From Shigella phage SHFML-26, in the sequence record KX130862: DNA of 64,000 nt. One strand, given 5' to 3'. This document shows positions 34,519-45,196 of this stretch, in pieces. Under the pieces are notes generated by a model that was not told where the DNA came from, searched no databases, and worked only from the letters and a program-made list of their open reading frames with translations. Numbering within the stretch: the stretch's first letter is position 1; every line of letters begins with the position of its first letter. A program made the position numbers and the translations under genes.

Positions 34519-36696
34519 TTAGGCCGCAAGGGCCTTCATAGTTTTAGCGATTTGAGAAACTTCATCATCACTTAAAGAGTTGCGATAACCGATGAAGTCG
34601 GAAACAATACGGAATTTCTTGGTAAACTCAGCAACCATTTTATCGCTGTTTTTTGAAGCATTATTTGATAATACATCAAAAAGATTAGTTACTGTCCAGA
34701 TGTCATGACCGATGGTATCTTTTCCACCATTAAAATATACGCCCCGTAATGAACTAACCATATTAGCGAGTCGTGTATATTCTTCAGAAACTTCATCTAT
34801 ACTGAAGTACTTCATCATAAAATCTAACTCAGGATACTTGATAATTTTATCAATATATCGTTTAGCTGAACTTGAATAACCTACATACTTATCATAATCT
34901 ACATCATCAAAAGCATCTACATATAAATCACGCAAAGCTTCAAAAATACATTGGCACTGACCGAGTTCTTTTACCTTTTTCTGCAAAAGCGGACGAATAA
35001 CATAAAATTCATTAATGCCAATAAGATTAGCCATACGAATCAAAATATTCATAGATGGATGACAAAGAGATGTAGTACCATCCATAGAGAAAATATCAGA
35101 ACGATGCATATACGCTACATACCCAGTAATTTCATCTGCTTCTGATGTGAGCGTAAATAATTCCTCTTTTTCCCAGCGCCCGTCTTTAATTTCAAACTTA
35201 AATGCTGTAGCAGCTTTAGGACGAGGAGCTTTACTTTTAACTACCTTTGGAATATAACTTTTTACTAAAGCTTCAATTTCTGACAAATAATGAATGTTAA
35301 CTTCATCACTTTCAAACATCGCCATAATATCAGGGAGTAAATCAATCTGCGATTCTACTTCTGGATTAATAAACAGAAGACGTTCGTTATGATGAATATT
35401 CAAAGTGTTATTAAATTCACTATCATCTAACGCTCGTGCTAATCCACGAACAATATTAACACGATTTTTAATATTATCAATAACGATATTAATTTTTGTT
35501 GTATTAATACCAAACAGACGATAACTTGATGCAACGGCTGAAGTTTCATGACTTTGCTTAATGCGCTTCAGTCGAGGGTCAAGATTTACTTCATACACAA
35601 CTCCTGCATTGCATAACTTACTATCAGGTTCAAACATGCTTTGCATCTTCTTATATGACAGATTTTTAGTCGTAAATTTGACTGAATTACTAATCATATA
35701 ATCTCGAGCAGAATACCCCATCTTCATCAATTCACGATATGTGTGACGAGGAGATGTAGATTCTTTAAATCGTTTTACATCTTCATTAAATGCTTTCTCA
35801 CTGAGTTCTTTAACTCGTTCAATAATATTTTTACGAGTGCGATCATCCAGTGAAAGAGCCTCGCGAGATGGAGCAATATCAAGTGAACCCATTGGAAACT
35901 TAATGTAATTCACTTCATTGCGAATGCTTAGCCAGTTACGGTCTCTAATAACACCATCAATAGGATAAACAATACCGCCATAGATAGCATATAATCCACC
36001 ACGATCAGGCCAGTATCTTTCTGGATTTACACCATAATAATCATCAAAATCAGGAAAATAATCAATTTCGCGGTCAAGACCATTAATGATAGCCAAATCT
36101 TTGAACGGTCGCATGATATAAGAAACTTCATAAGCAAAGTTTCTAAAATCTTTTTCTTCAACTGGAACTACGATTTCAATACCAGTTTTATCATCTGGAC
36201 CCATTTCTTTTACGAATGTAGGTTTAATCTGTGGGCCATCACCATCCATGTAAGCTACATAACCACGAATTTCACCTTTATGATACGAAGTAATACTAAA
36301 CGTATCAGTATAACTAAACGGAGATTTAGAACCTAAACCAAATCCGCCAATAAAGTCATTAGATTCAGCTTTAGATGAACTGAAGTATGAATTATACAAC
36401 CCAGGAGAATTATCATCACCTTGAATATCAAAATCACTCATACCCGGACCAAAATCTCGACAAACAAATCGCGGATCTAAACGTCCAGGAACTTGTATAA
36501 TAAATTTTTCAGGATTTCCATTAAGTGCATGAGCATCAATCATGTTAGTAATCAATTCACGGACTACTGCGCGAATCTTGTTTGTATACAAATCAGATGA
36601 CAGAATTTTAAATACTTTAGGAGATGCTGTGATGCTAAATGCTTTTGATTTAGAACCATTACCAAGAATTGTTTCTTTTTCAGTAGTGATAATCAT
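34519..36696 (-). CDS. rIIA: rIIA protein
   Basis: 725 aa [44 protein letters not shown]... Confidence 0.95.
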   Translation of the reverse strand: MIITTEKETILGNGSKSKAFSITASPKVFKILSSDLYTNKIRAVVRELITNMIDAHALNGNPEKFIIQVPGRLDPRFVCRDFGPGMSDFDIQGDDNSPGLYNSYFSSSKAESNDFIGGFGLGSKSPFSYTDTFSITSYHKGEIRGYVAYMDGDGPQIKPTFVKEMGPDDKTGIEIVVPVEEKDFRNFAYEVSYIMRPFKDLAIINGLDREIDYFPDFDDYYGVNPERYWPDRGGLYAIYGGIVYPIDGVIRDRNWLSIRNEVNYIKFPMGSLDIAPSREALSLDDRTRKNIIERVKELSEKAFNEDVKRFKESTSPRHTYRELMKMGYSARDYMISNSVKFTTKNLSYKKMQSMFEPDSKLCNAGVVYEVNLDPRLKRIKQSHETSAVASSYRLFGINTTKINIVIDNIKNRVNIVRGLARALDDSEFNNTLNIHHNERLLFINPEVESQIDLLPDIMAMFESDEVNIHYLSEIEALVKSYIPKVVKSKAPRPKAATAFKFEIKDGRWEKEELFTLTSEADEITGYVAYMHRSDIFSMDGTTSLCHPSMNILIRMANLIGINEFYVIRPLLQKKVKELGQCQCIFEALRDLYVDAFDDVDYDKYVGYSSSAKRYIDKIIKYPELDFMMKYFSIDEVSEEYTRLANMVSSLRGVYFNGGKDTIGHDIWTVTNLFDVLSNNASKNSDKMVAEFTKKFRIVSDFIGYRNSLSDDEVSQIAKTMKALAA

Positions 36697-36706
36697 AATT
36701 TCCTCA

Positions 36707-36910
36707 TTAATTCATATTACGCTTAATAACTTCGGCAACTTCTAGTAGTTCATCTTTAGTTGCGGTGTCGGATTGAATTTTATCTCTAATATCCTTAAAG
36801 CGGTTTTTAAATTCTTCGGCTTCTCCCATATCGAAAAAGCGTTGAATGATTCTATATTCTCGATGAACTGCTTTATCAAAAAGTTCTAAATTTACTTTAT
36901 ATGATTTCAT
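36707..36910 (-). CDS. hypothetical protein (67 aa)
   Basis: Track ORF between gene 39 and rIIA. Confidence 0.5.
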   Translation of the reverse strand: MKSYKVNLELFDKAVHREYRIIQRFFDMGEAEEFKNRFKDIRDKIQSDTATKDELLEVAEVIKRNMN

Positions 36911-36964
36911 TTCAATATCCTCATTTGCCCAATTAATTATACCACATCCTTGTGGTAAAGTAAA

Positions 36965-38785
36965 CTACTGACTCATCCATTCTTTACGAAGGTCAGCATT
37001 ATCTCCCATGAGCATTTCAAAAAGCTCTTTCCAGTTCTCAGGAAGTTTAACAACATCATATACTGGGTTTTGAATCATCTCACGATATTCAGATTTTTCC
37101 AAAGAGCCAAGTCCCTTAATATAACGGATGCTATGTTTAGGTAGAGCATCTTTGGCACTCTCATATTCAGCGACTGTATAAAACCATTCTTGTTTTTTAC
37201 CGACCTGAGCGATGATTACAGGAGTTTTGACAAAACGAATTCGTCCTTGCTCAAACAATTCTGGCCAATTACTAAAAAATCCGAGCAGAGAAGGATAAAT
37301 GCTTCCTAGACCATCATGGTCAGCATCAGTCATAATAGCAATATTATGATAATTCAAGTTTTCAGCTTTTTCACCGAGAACTAATCCAGTGATTGCGCAA
37401 ATATCAAACAGTTCTTTGTTTTTAAGCATATCTGCATAAGACATACCCCAACTGTTGAGAACTTTACCGCGCAATGGATAACCACCGTGAAGTTCTTTAT
37501 CACGAACATCAATAAGATATCCGATAGCAGAATCACCCTCAGTCAAGAAAAGAGTAGTATCAGCATCTTTACCGCAAAGATTCGCTTTGATATGTTTATG
37601 AACCTTAGCTTTAGAAGCCTTTTTAGCTGCTTTAGTTTCTGCTGCTTTTTCTGCCGCCAATTTACGAGCCAAAGCAGCTTCAATAATCGGCATTAGAATT
37701 GCTTCATTATTTAGAATAGCACGTGAAATCTTTTTAGCATCAAGCTGAATATGACTACGGATTTCACCAAATGGAGAAGTCAAACGCTCTTTAGTTTGAG
37801 AATCAAATCGCATGTTTTTCATATCACGGACAAACATAACGATAGTCAAACATTCTTTAACGCGTGCTTTAGTCACATCAATTTTGAACTTACGTTTGAT
37901 TTGTGGAATAAGGTCTTCACAAATATCATCCATAACACAGTCAATGTGATGGCCACCATTCTTAGTGTGGATGTTATTCACATAAGTTAATTGACGAAAT
38001 CCATCCGGTGAACGACCAACTGCAATAGAACAATTTTCTTGTTCTTGAACAATAGCATGCTCATCATATTGGCGTGCATATTTCTTAAAATTGCCCTGAA
38101 CCTTTTTACCATTAAAGGTAAATTGAATATCAGGATAAACTACTGCAAGTGTCTGGAGACGATCTAATGTAATGTCAAGATAAACTTGGGACAGCTCATT
38201 AGTTTCAAATGACATAAAATCAGGAATGAAAGTAACACGAGTTCCTTTCCATTTTCCAGGAATATCTTCCCATGATTTATTTTCCATGCCATTTGAACAA
38301 CGAACTACAATATTATTTTGACCATCACCAGTTTCACCGACAAACATCACAGAAAAAATGTTAGTTAAACTAGAACCAACACCGTTCATACCACCGGTGA
38401 CACGTTCTTTATCATCACCGAAGTTACCACCTGCTTTTGGAATAGTCCATGCAGCAACAGGACCAGGAATTTCTTCACCGGTAGGTGTTTTAACCATCGC
38501 TTGTGGAATACCACGACCGTTATCTTCAACTGTTACTTGATTGTTTTTAATAGTAACATTAATTTTATTTGCGAATTTAAACTTAGTACGAATACCTTCA
38601 TCTACTGAGTTATCGATAATTTCATCAATAAGCTTAACAAGACCAGGTACATACTGAACACTTTCCCATTTACCAAACAGAAAGCGCTCATGCATTTCAT
38701 TAGCTGAAGAGCCAATGTACATGCCGCTACGCTTTTTGATATGTTCAATATCACTCAGAATTTTAATTTCATTCTTAATCATCAC
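36965..38785 (-). CDS. 39: DNA topoisomerase II large subunit, uninterrupted (covers T4 gp39 plus gp60 equivalent)
   Basis: 606-aa GyrB-like ORF MMIKNEIKILSDIEHIKKRSGMYIGSS... running through the TOPRIM/C-terminal region without the gene-60 split. Confidence 0.9.
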   Translation of the reverse strand: MMIKNEIKILSDIEHIKKRSGMYIGSSANEMHERFLFGKWESVQYVPGLVKLIDEIIDNSVDEGIRTKFKFANKINVTIKNNQVTVEDNGRGIPQAMVKTPTGEEIPGPVAAWTIPKAGGNFGDDKERVTGGMNGVGSSLTNIFSVMFVGETGDGQNNIVVRCSNGMENKSWEDIPGKWKGTRVTFIPDFMSFETNELSQVYLDITLDRLQTLAVVYPDIQFTFNGKKVQGNFKKYARQYDEHAIVQEQENCSIAVGRSPDGFRQLTYVNNIHTKNGGHHIDCVMDDICEDLIPQIKRKFKIDVTKARVKECLTIVMFVRDMKNMRFDSQTKERLTSPFGEIRSHIQLDAKKISRAILNNEAILMPIIEAALARKLAAEKAAETKAAKKASKAKVHKHIKANLCGKDADTTLFLTEGDSAIGYLIDVRDKELHGGYPLRGKVLNSWGMSYADMLKNKELFDICAITGLVLGEKAENLNYHNIAIMTDADHDGLGSIYPSLLGFFSNWPELFEQGRIRFVKTPVIIAQVGKKQEWFYTVAEYESAKDALPKHSIRYIKGLGSLEKSEYREMIQNPVYDVVKLPENWKELFEMLMGDNADLRKEWMSQ

Positions 38786-38834
38786 TTATCCTCGTTTGGT
38801 TTCGGGAATATTATACTCCGGTAATCATAAAGCT

Positions 38835-38853
38835 AAAGGCCCGAAGGCCTTTT
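38835..38853 (-). other. RNA stem-loop (UUCG loop on transcript) upstream of gene 39
   Basis: aaaGGCCcgaaGGCCttt palindrome. Confidence 0.45.
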
Positions 38854-39121
38854 ATTTAAAACGGATAGTCGAATCCTTAAAGAACAACCCAGAACATACG
38901 GTTCCTTCTACTTTTTGCCCAGTAGGTCCAATAGCACGAAATCCAGTATGCTGGAAATCATTTTCAGAGCAACCGAACCAGTTATATCCAGTGATTTCAA
39001 TATTAGTAAAACCACTTGAAGACAAAATTTTAGTTGCATTATCAGCATCAGTACATCCTACTAAAGACACTACTAGTACTAATGCCGCGATAGAACGATT
39101 AATATATTTCATAATTTTCAC
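38852..39121 (-). CDS. putative lipoprotein (89 aa)
   Basis: Signal peptide with lipobox LVVSLVGC. Confidence 0.55.
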   Translation of the reverse strand: MKIMKYINRSIAALVLVVSLVGCTDADNATKILSSSGFTNIEITGYNWFGCSENDFQHTGFRAIGPTGQKVEGTVCSGLFFKDSTIRFK

Positions 39122-39489
39122 TCAAATTTAATGGCTTGAAGGAGACTAATAATTCTCAAGCGACTTCCTTCATCTTTAACTGTAAAAGAAAGAGGGTCAC
39201 CAGACTTCATAGTGATAGTGCATTCAAAATCAAAATCTTCGGGAACTTCTTCGAAGAAGTCAAATTCTTCATCATAAATTAAAACTTCACTCCGAAGACT
39301 GTGAAGAATTTTTCCGTCATTTCCAGATGCTGTACTAATCATTGTAACATTATTACCTTTCATATCTTCAACGATAAATTCGCTTGTAGATATTACATTA
39401 CTAATAGAACCATTCCTATAAATAGCAGAAAATAGATATTTCTTTTCTTCACCTTCGCGAATGCGATATTTCTTACCAATTTTAAACAT
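39118..39489 (-). CDS. hypothetical protein (123 aa)
   Basis: Track ORF. Confidence 0.5.
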   Translation of the reverse strand: MFKIGKKYRIREGEEKKYLFSAIYRNGSISNVISTSEFIVEDMKGNNVTMISTASGNDGKILHSLRSEVLIYDEEFDFFEEVPEDFDFECTITMKSGDPLSFTVKDEGSRLRIISLLQAIKFE

Positions 39490-39491
39490 AA

Positions 39492-39668
39492 TTACCCTTT
39501 AAGTAAGTCGTAAAATCCACCATTCACATGCTTAGGGGCAGAGACTAACCGAATAGCAATCCGATGACAATCAGGACATACATCAGTATCTCTTTCAGAA
39601 ATTTTCTTGATTTTTTCGTATTCTTTTGCGCAGTCTTTTGATTGACATTTATAATCATAAAGCGGCAT
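39492..39668 (-). CDS. small zinc-ribbon protein (58 aa)
   Basis: MPLYDYKCQSKDCAKEYEKIKKISERDTDVCPDCHR... with CxxxxC...CPDC spacing; hand-translated, below track size cut-off. Confidence 0.4.
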   Translation of the reverse strand: MPLYDYKCQSKDCAKEYEKIKKISERDTDVCPDCHRIAIRLVSAPKHVNGGFYDLLKG

Positions 39669-39670
39669 AA

Positions 39671-40084
39671 TTATTCCTTAAAGTGAGCTTTCAACATCTG
39701 ATACAAGGACCATGCCTGTTCATTATTTTCAATAGTAACTTTCATTACAGGGAATTTAGATTGATCAGTTATCGGTGCAGATTCTTCCTGCTCTTCAGCT
39801 GCCTGGTATGGATTTTCAACTTCATTAAAGAATTCAGCTTCATTCGATGAAAGCCAAATAAAATCTTCATCCAAAATATCTTTACCAGAAGATAGTACTA
39901 AATTTCCAGCAAATGACATAATTTTAATAGGACGCCCAAGAGCATCCACATCTAAAATTTTAAAAGGATGCATACCTAAACGGCGTGCATAGATTCCGTT
40001 ATCAGTATGGTCTTTAATAAAATTTTCTTGAGCTTGTTTATTTTTAAATTGATACCATTTATTAACTTCAAATCTAATAGCCAT
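39671..40084 (-). CDS. hypothetical protein (137 aa)
   Basis: Track ORF. Confidence 0.5.
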   Translation of the reverse strand: MAIRFEVNKWYQFKNKQAQENFIKDHTDNGIYARRLGMHPFKILDVDALGRPIKIMSFAGNLVLSSGKDILDEDFIWLSSNEAEFFNEVENPYQAAEEQEESAPITDQSKFPVMKVTIENNEQAWSLYQMLKAHFKE

Positions 40085-40302
40085 TAATAAATTTCCTTCC
40101 AGTAAGTTGTGCCATCTTCAGTGATTTCACGGAATACACCATAAATTGGTTGTTTATCACCGACTTTCTCATATACATAAACCGAAGTCAAGTGAGTAAA
40201 CTTGATAGTGTGTTCCTTTTGAACTACTACCAAATCTGGATCGAATAATACATCTTCAAATTCATCATTAGTGCAATTCTGAACAATTTTACGTTTCATC
40301 AT
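40084..40302 (-). CDS. hypothetical protein (72 aa)
   Basis: Track ORF. Confidence 0.45.
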   Translation of the reverse strand: MMKRKIVQNCTNDEFEDVLFDPDLVVVQKEHTIKFTHLTSVYVYEKVGDKQPIYGVFREITEDGTTYWKEIY

Positions 40303-40473
40303 AATTTCCTCATTAATTGAACATTGGAGCGATGCGTTTCAGAAGAGTATCAGCGCACCTTTAACGAATTATCCATTTTATTCTTCAAGTTGTTTTCTGT
40401 ATCAGTAGTTGATATTGATATAGTACCATAATCAACTACTGATGTATATAGTTTTATGAAAAAATTTTAAACT

Positions 40474-40965
40474 TTATGCATAGCGAGCTTTGCTGTAGTG
40501 TTTAATCCAACTTTCAGGAATGACTTTGTATGTTCCTAAAAATACCGCGTTGTATAACTTAACGCCATCTTCTACCCATTGATCAGTAATGTATGCACAC
40601 ATAGCGCGAGTACGCTGAGGAAGTGGTTGTCCACCTTCGGTAAATTCAAACTCATAAGGAGCAATGAACTTGATAGCTTGACCAAGTTTCCACTTAAAGT
40701 CTACACCTACATGCGAAGTATCAATCGTTTCAATTCCTTTAGCAGGAACAGCTTTCAAAAACGCAGGCTCAAGAAATTTCCATCGAACATAACCAAACTG
40801 GGGCTTAGACATTCCATCTTTAGCAATGATACGTACTTTTACTTCAGAATCTTCATCTTTAACACCGTGTTTAAGCTGAATGCTTACAACTTCGACCAAT
40901 TTTCCTGCTGCTTTAGAACGGGATTTATCAGATACACGAGCAATTTCACCGATATTAATATTCAT
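40474..40965 (-). CDS. hypothetical protein (163 aa), paralogue of 41042..41584
   Basis: C-terminal segment CAYITDQWVEDGVKLYNAVFLGTYKVIP shared with neighbour. Confidence 0.5.
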   Translation of the reverse strand: MNINIGEIARVSDKSRSKAAGKLVEVVSIQLKHGVKDEDSEVKVRIIAKDGMSKPQFGYVRWKFLEPAFLKAVPAKGIETIDTSHVGVDFKWKLGQAIKFIAPYEFEFTEGGQPLPQRTRAMCAYITDQWVEDGVKLYNAVFLGTYKVIPESWIKHYSKARYA

Positions 40966-41041
40966 AATTATCTCTCACTTGTTAAAAAGATTTTATACTC
41001 CACAGGACCATTATACTCTGGTCCCAAGAGTTTGTAAACTA

Positions 41042-41584
41042 TTAATTCAAAATAGCTACCACTGCACTACGAGGTACTACGCTAAAATCACCTGCATGAA
41101 CAACGTTCAGGAGTTCAACACCATCTTCAATCCATTGGTCTGTTACCCAACCGCAGACGCAAATGAATGGAGTCTTGATAGCAACTGCACGAGTCAAAAG
41201 GTCAGTAGGATCAACTTCTTGGAAGAGGATAAGCTCTGCTTCAAAGACTATAGTTTTAATTACTTCATCATTATCTAAGCGATGTGCTCGAATCACATAA
41301 GCTTTATTCTTATCATGCCAATTACTTTTTGAAAAACTTTTAACCACAAACTCGCCTTCACCAAAAACACTAGTCAATGCTTTATAACCCAAATCTAGTT
41401 CAGTAGTTTTAATTTCAGTTTCAACCAGTTTGTAGGTTTTGCCAATTTCGATGGTCCGAGCAGTCATAAATGTTTCCTTAATTTCTAATGGTTTAATAAG
41501 AGTGCCGTACATGCTTGCTATATCCATATCAAACAGCTTATCTACAGGATTCGGTGTGTATTCAGGATTATAATTAAATTTCAT
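41042..41584 (-). CDS. hypothetical protein (180 aa), paralogue of 40474..40965
   Basis: C-terminal segment CGWVTDQWIEDGVELLNVVHAGDFSVVP. Confidence 0.5.
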   Translation of the reverse strand: MKFNYNPEYTPNPVDKLFDMDIASMYGTLIKPLEIKETFMTARTIEIGKTYKLVETEIKTTELDLGYKALTSVFGEGEFVVKSFSKSNWHDKNKAYVIRAHRLDNDEVIKTIVFEAELILFQEVDPTDLLTRAVAIKTPFICVCGWVTDQWIEDGVELLNVVHAGDFSVVPRSAVVAILN

Positions 41585-41586
41585 AA

Positions 41587-42126
41587 TTATCTCATTTCAA
41601 TAAAATCTACAAGTTCAGCATGGGATTTACGGAACATTACTTGGTGTCCGCCAATAATAACTTGGTCATCTGGCACTTCGTATACAGCAAGATAAAATCC
41701 TTTAGAAGATAATTCTTCACGCTCTTCTCGTGTGAACCATCTCATCATATCATATTCGCTAGCGAAAGCAAAATGATAAAGAGCTACAAACCATCCGGGA
41801 ATATGATATTCTACTCCAACATAATCTTTCTTGAACTTAGTATTAATTACGATATTAGCATTTTTAACTAATAGTTTGTCTTCGTGCGGAAGAGGAATTC
41901 TTTTATTATCATTACTATGATGCATAAAATTAGGTCTGTCATAACCTACGTGTAATAACCACTCTTCACTCCATGAATCTATTATACTTCTATATGGCGT
42001 TATTTGAACACAAAGATTTCGACGTATTGTTATAGCATCTTCATAATTAAGAATACTAAAAGATGATTCAACACGATAAATTTTCATTTTATTATCCTCA
42101 GTAGCTATGGTGTTATAATACCACAA
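41587..42126 (-). CDS. hypothetical protein (179 aa)
   Basis: Track ORF. Confidence 0.5.
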   Translation of the reverse strand: MWYYNTIATEDNKMKIYRVESSFSILNYEDAITIRRNLCVQITPYRSIIDSWSEEWLLHVGYDRPNFMHHSNDNKRIPLPHEDKLLVKNANIVINTKFKKDYVGVEYHIPGWFVALYHFAFASEYDMMRWFTREEREELSSKGFYLAVYEVPDDQVIIGGHQVMFRKSHAELVDFIEMR

Positions 42127-42150
42127 CTAACCGAGGAAGTAAACAACTTT

Positions 42151-42834
42151 TTATCGTTTTGTTGGAAGAGACAGAGGATCGCATTCTTCCTCTGACGGAG
42201 CATCTTCAAGACCCATAGCATATCGCAAAGCATACTTCATCATCAGGATGTCTTTCGCACAGTCATGAATAGAATCATGCGCAACGAATCCATCTAAAGT
42301 TCCTTTTGGAAGAGGACATGTGGTCATATCACGAACAAGCAGAAGTGCTTCAATTCTGGTACGAATATCACGCTGATTCCAGAATTTACACGGTTCTAAC
42401 TTAAATGTATCAAGCTCATTCTCAGAAACGCCATTAAGACGTTGAATATCACGAATGAGATCGACTAAAATTGGAAAATCAAACGACATTCCACGGCACC
42501 AACCTTGAGATTTCCAAGGATCGATATTATGTGCATTGATGTAATCATTAAATTTTGCAATACCGTCGATAGTGCTTACATCTTCATCGGACGGTGCAAT
42601 ATTTTTTCGAGCTTCAGGGGATTGATTCTTCCACCATTCGATAGTGCTTTTAGTAAAAAGACGGTGTCCTTTTTGGCTTTTTAAATCAAATTTGATTTTA
42701 ATGCCACGTGAAACTAATTCATCGAATGTTTCAACGACTTCTGGATTAGGGTCAAAAGCAATTACAGCTAAATCAATAACAGCTGCCTTTTCGCCGCTTC
42801 CCATTGTTTCAAAATCTATAATAAAATCAAACAT
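42151..42834 (-). CDS. dexA: exonuclease A (DEDD 3'-5' exonuclease)
   Basis: 227 aa MFDFIIDFETMGSGEKAAVIDLAVIAF... Confidence 0.85.
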   Translation of the reverse strand: MFDFIIDFETMGSGEKAAVIDLAVIAFDPNPEVVETFDELVSRGIKIKFDLKSQKGHRLFTKSTIEWWKNQSPEARKNIAPSDEDVSTIDGIAKFNDYINAHNIDPWKSQGWCRGMSFDFPILVDLIRDIQRLNGVSENELDTFKLEPCKFWNQRDIRTRIEALLLVRDMTTCPLPKGTLDGFVAHDSIHDCAKDILMMKYALRYAMGLEDAPSEEECDPLSLPTKR

Positions 42835-43076
42835 TAAATTTTCCTTGCTAAATCGCGAATTTGACCTACAGTATAGTCTTGAATATAAACTTTATTAATA
42901 GGCTCATCAATAAATTTTGCCATAGATTCAATGTCTTTTTGTATCTCTTCAAGACTGTATACTATCTTTGAAGCTTTTTCGCGAATAGTAATATTTTCAG
43001 GACCCGGATTTTCTTCAATGACAGCTTTAACATTTGTCATAAGAGATTTAAACTGGTACCAACTCAATTCAATCAT
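42834..43076 (-). CDS. hypothetical protein (80 aa)
   Basis: Track ORF. Confidence 0.45.
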   Translation of the reverse strand: MIELSWYQFKSLMTNVKAVIEENPGPENITIREKASKIVYSLEEIQKDIESMAKFIDEPINKVYIQDYTVGQIRDLARKI

Positions 43077-43329
43077 TAATAATCGCCTTATAAAGATAGC
43101 TAATTTCGCCTAAAATATAATCATTGATTGTAACAGTTTTCACTTCACCACAAAAGAATTCTAACGCAATTAAATCTCGTTCAATTTCTTCTAATTGAAG
43201 CCTCAACTTACTAGATTCTATTTTTACAGTTTCACGATTTTTGCTATAAGCAATTTCATAAATTTCGCTTACTTTATCTTGAAGAAGATAAAACTGATCT
43301 TTAGTTATTTCCACGAATAGCTTCCTCAA
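43069..43329 (-). CDS. hypothetical protein (86 aa)
   Basis: Track ORF. Confidence 0.45.
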   Translation of the reverse strand: MRKLFVEITKDQFYLLQDKVSEIYEIAYSKNRETVKIESSKLRLQLEEIERDLIALEFFCGEVKTVTINDYILGEISYLYKAIIND

Positions 43330-43561
43330 ATTTAATCAGTAATTTACAAACACTTTCATCTAGTGTAATTACCGTATCTGTATTACTGTGATATGATTGT
43401 TTTTCAATTCGTTTAATTGCTAATATAGTATCACTTATAAGATAAAGCTTATGAAGGAGCTCAGCTCCTGTTACCATAACATTAAGATTATCTTGCTTAT
43501 TAGTATGCTTCCTTATACCATCTATTAGACGATTTAAATATTTTGAATTGATGTTAATCAT
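43301..43561 (-). CDS. hypothetical protein (86 aa)
   Basis: Track ORF. Confidence 0.45.
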   Translation of the reverse strand: MININSKYLNRLIDGIRKHTNKQDNLNVMVTGAELLHKLYLISDTILAIKRIEKQSYHSNTDTVITLDESVCKLLIKFEEAIRGNN

Positions 43562-43567
43562 ATATCC

Positions 43568-44887
43568 TCACACATAAAATACATCATAACGACCACGAGT
43601 AACACCAACATAAAGAAGTTGTTGAGCCAATTCAGCATCTGCATAATGAATACAAGGCGTATAAATGAAAGCACGGTCTACAGACATGCCCTGTGCTTTA
43701 TGGAATGTTGATGCAGGAAGTGCTTTCACTTTACTAAACTGTGATTTAGCATCCCAAAAATCACTCCATGGAGCTTTTCCGCCTTTGTTCCAATTTTTAT
43801 AAGTTTCTGCCGTTTTACCTAAAAATAGATTAAACTTATATAGCTCTTCATCAGATGAAATTATTTTAATCTTTTCACGATAATATTCATCATCGCCGTA
43901 AGTTTCTACTGTTAAATCCCAATGACGAATTAAGTATTCTCCAGAAACACCACGAGCTTTAACAAAGGTTGATGTATACTCTGCTTCTATAATACGAACT
44001 AATTGTCCGTTGTTAAAAATAATTTCTGACACAGGCTTTCCATCAATTTTATATGTTTTAATTAATGGTTCCTGCATTACAATAATTTCACCGACAATAA
44101 AATCTTTATCAGTTTCAAAAATCTTTTTACGAATAATGCTATTTAACTTATCAACAGATTTATTCGTAAATGCCATTACGCGATTTTCAAACAAATCATC
44201 TAGAGATTTGACGATTGAAAAATAATTTACCATAAAATCGCGTAAAGCGGTATCACCAGTAAATCCACGTACTCCATGCCCGTCAACAACTTTATCATAA
44301 ATCCACTTACCGTTACGAACGTCAGTAGCTACATCAATAATAGGAGCATTACTGCGTTTAACTTCAGTGAGTTCACACTGATAAAAATCTTTATGTGTAA
44401 AGAATGGACTGATATAAGCAGTGTTTTCTCCTGGGTCAACAGGTCTAATCTGCTTATTATCACCTATTCCAATTATAGTACACCACGGCGGGATAGTTGA
44501 AAGCAGAATTTTAAATAGCTTTCTATCATACATTGACACTTCATCGCAGATTAATACCCTGCATTTAGCTAAATCTGGTACTTCCTTCTGCTCAAAGAGG
44601 ACATTTTCTTCATATGTTACAGGGTTAATTTTAAGAATACTGTGAATAGTACTCGCTTCTTTCCCTGATAGTTTTGAAAGAATCTTTTTAGCTGCATGAG
44701 TAGGAGCTGCTAAAATAATACCAGTTTCACCCGTAGATATTAAAGCTTCAATGATGAACTTAGTAAGAGTAGTCTTACCGGTACCGGCAGGTCCATTAAT
44801 AGTTACATGATGTTTCTTTTCTTTAATAGCCTTCATAACAATGTTAAAGGCATTTTTCTGGCCTTCGGTCAAATCATCAAATGTCAT
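43568..44887 (-). CDS. dda: Dda DNA helicase (SF1B)
   Basis: 439 aa with Walker A GPAGTGKTT; MTFDDLTEGQKNAFNIVMKAIKEKKHHVTINGPAGTGKTT... Confidence 0.9.
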   Translation of the reverse strand: MTFDDLTEGQKNAFNIVMKAIKEKKHHVTINGPAGTGKTTLTKFIIEALISTGETGIILAAPTHAAKKILSKLSGKEASTIHSILKINPVTYEENVLFEQKEVPDLAKCRVLICDEVSMYDRKLFKILLSTIPPWCTIIGIGDNKQIRPVDPGENTAYISPFFTHKDFYQCELTEVKRSNAPIIDVATDVRNGKWIYDKVVDGHGVRGFTGDTALRDFMVNYFSIVKSLDDLFENRVMAFTNKSVDKLNSIIRKKIFETDKDFIVGEIIVMQEPLIKTYKIDGKPVSEIIFNNGQLVRIIEAEYTSTFVKARGVSGEYLIRHWDLTVETYGDDEYYREKIKIISSDEELYKFNLFLGKTAETYKNWNKGGKAPWSDFWDAKSQFSKVKALPASTFHKAQGMSVDRAFIYTPCIHYADAELAQQLLYVGVTRGRYDVFYV

Positions 44888-45195
44888 CGTAAATTCCCTG
44901 CAATTGGTATACTAACAATACGCCCAGTATCTAAAATTCGCTGATATAATCTTTGTGTGTCTACGTCAGGCTTAACATGTTTAACTTCTATTTTATTAAA
45001 CCAAAATTTACGTGGAGTCTCAACTAATCTTGGAATTCCCTTACCTAAAGCTAGTCGATACTGCTCTTTAAGAGTAGTAAATACTTTATCAGCAATCTTC
45101 CATTCAAAAAATACAGCAGGACGATGTTCATCAAGAGGAACAGGCACTGCAAATCCATCTTTGTCTCTATAAACTATCGCATATACATAAAACAT
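44884..45195 (-). CDS. hypothetical protein (103 aa)
   Basis: Track ORF; stop overlaps dda start. Confidence 0.45.
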   Translation of the reverse strand: MFYVYAIVYRDKDGFAVPVPLDEHRPAVFFEWKIADKVFTTLKEQYRLALGKGIPRLVETPRKFWFNKIEVKHVKPDVDTQRLYQRILDTGRIVSIPIAGNLR

Positions 45196-45196
45196 A

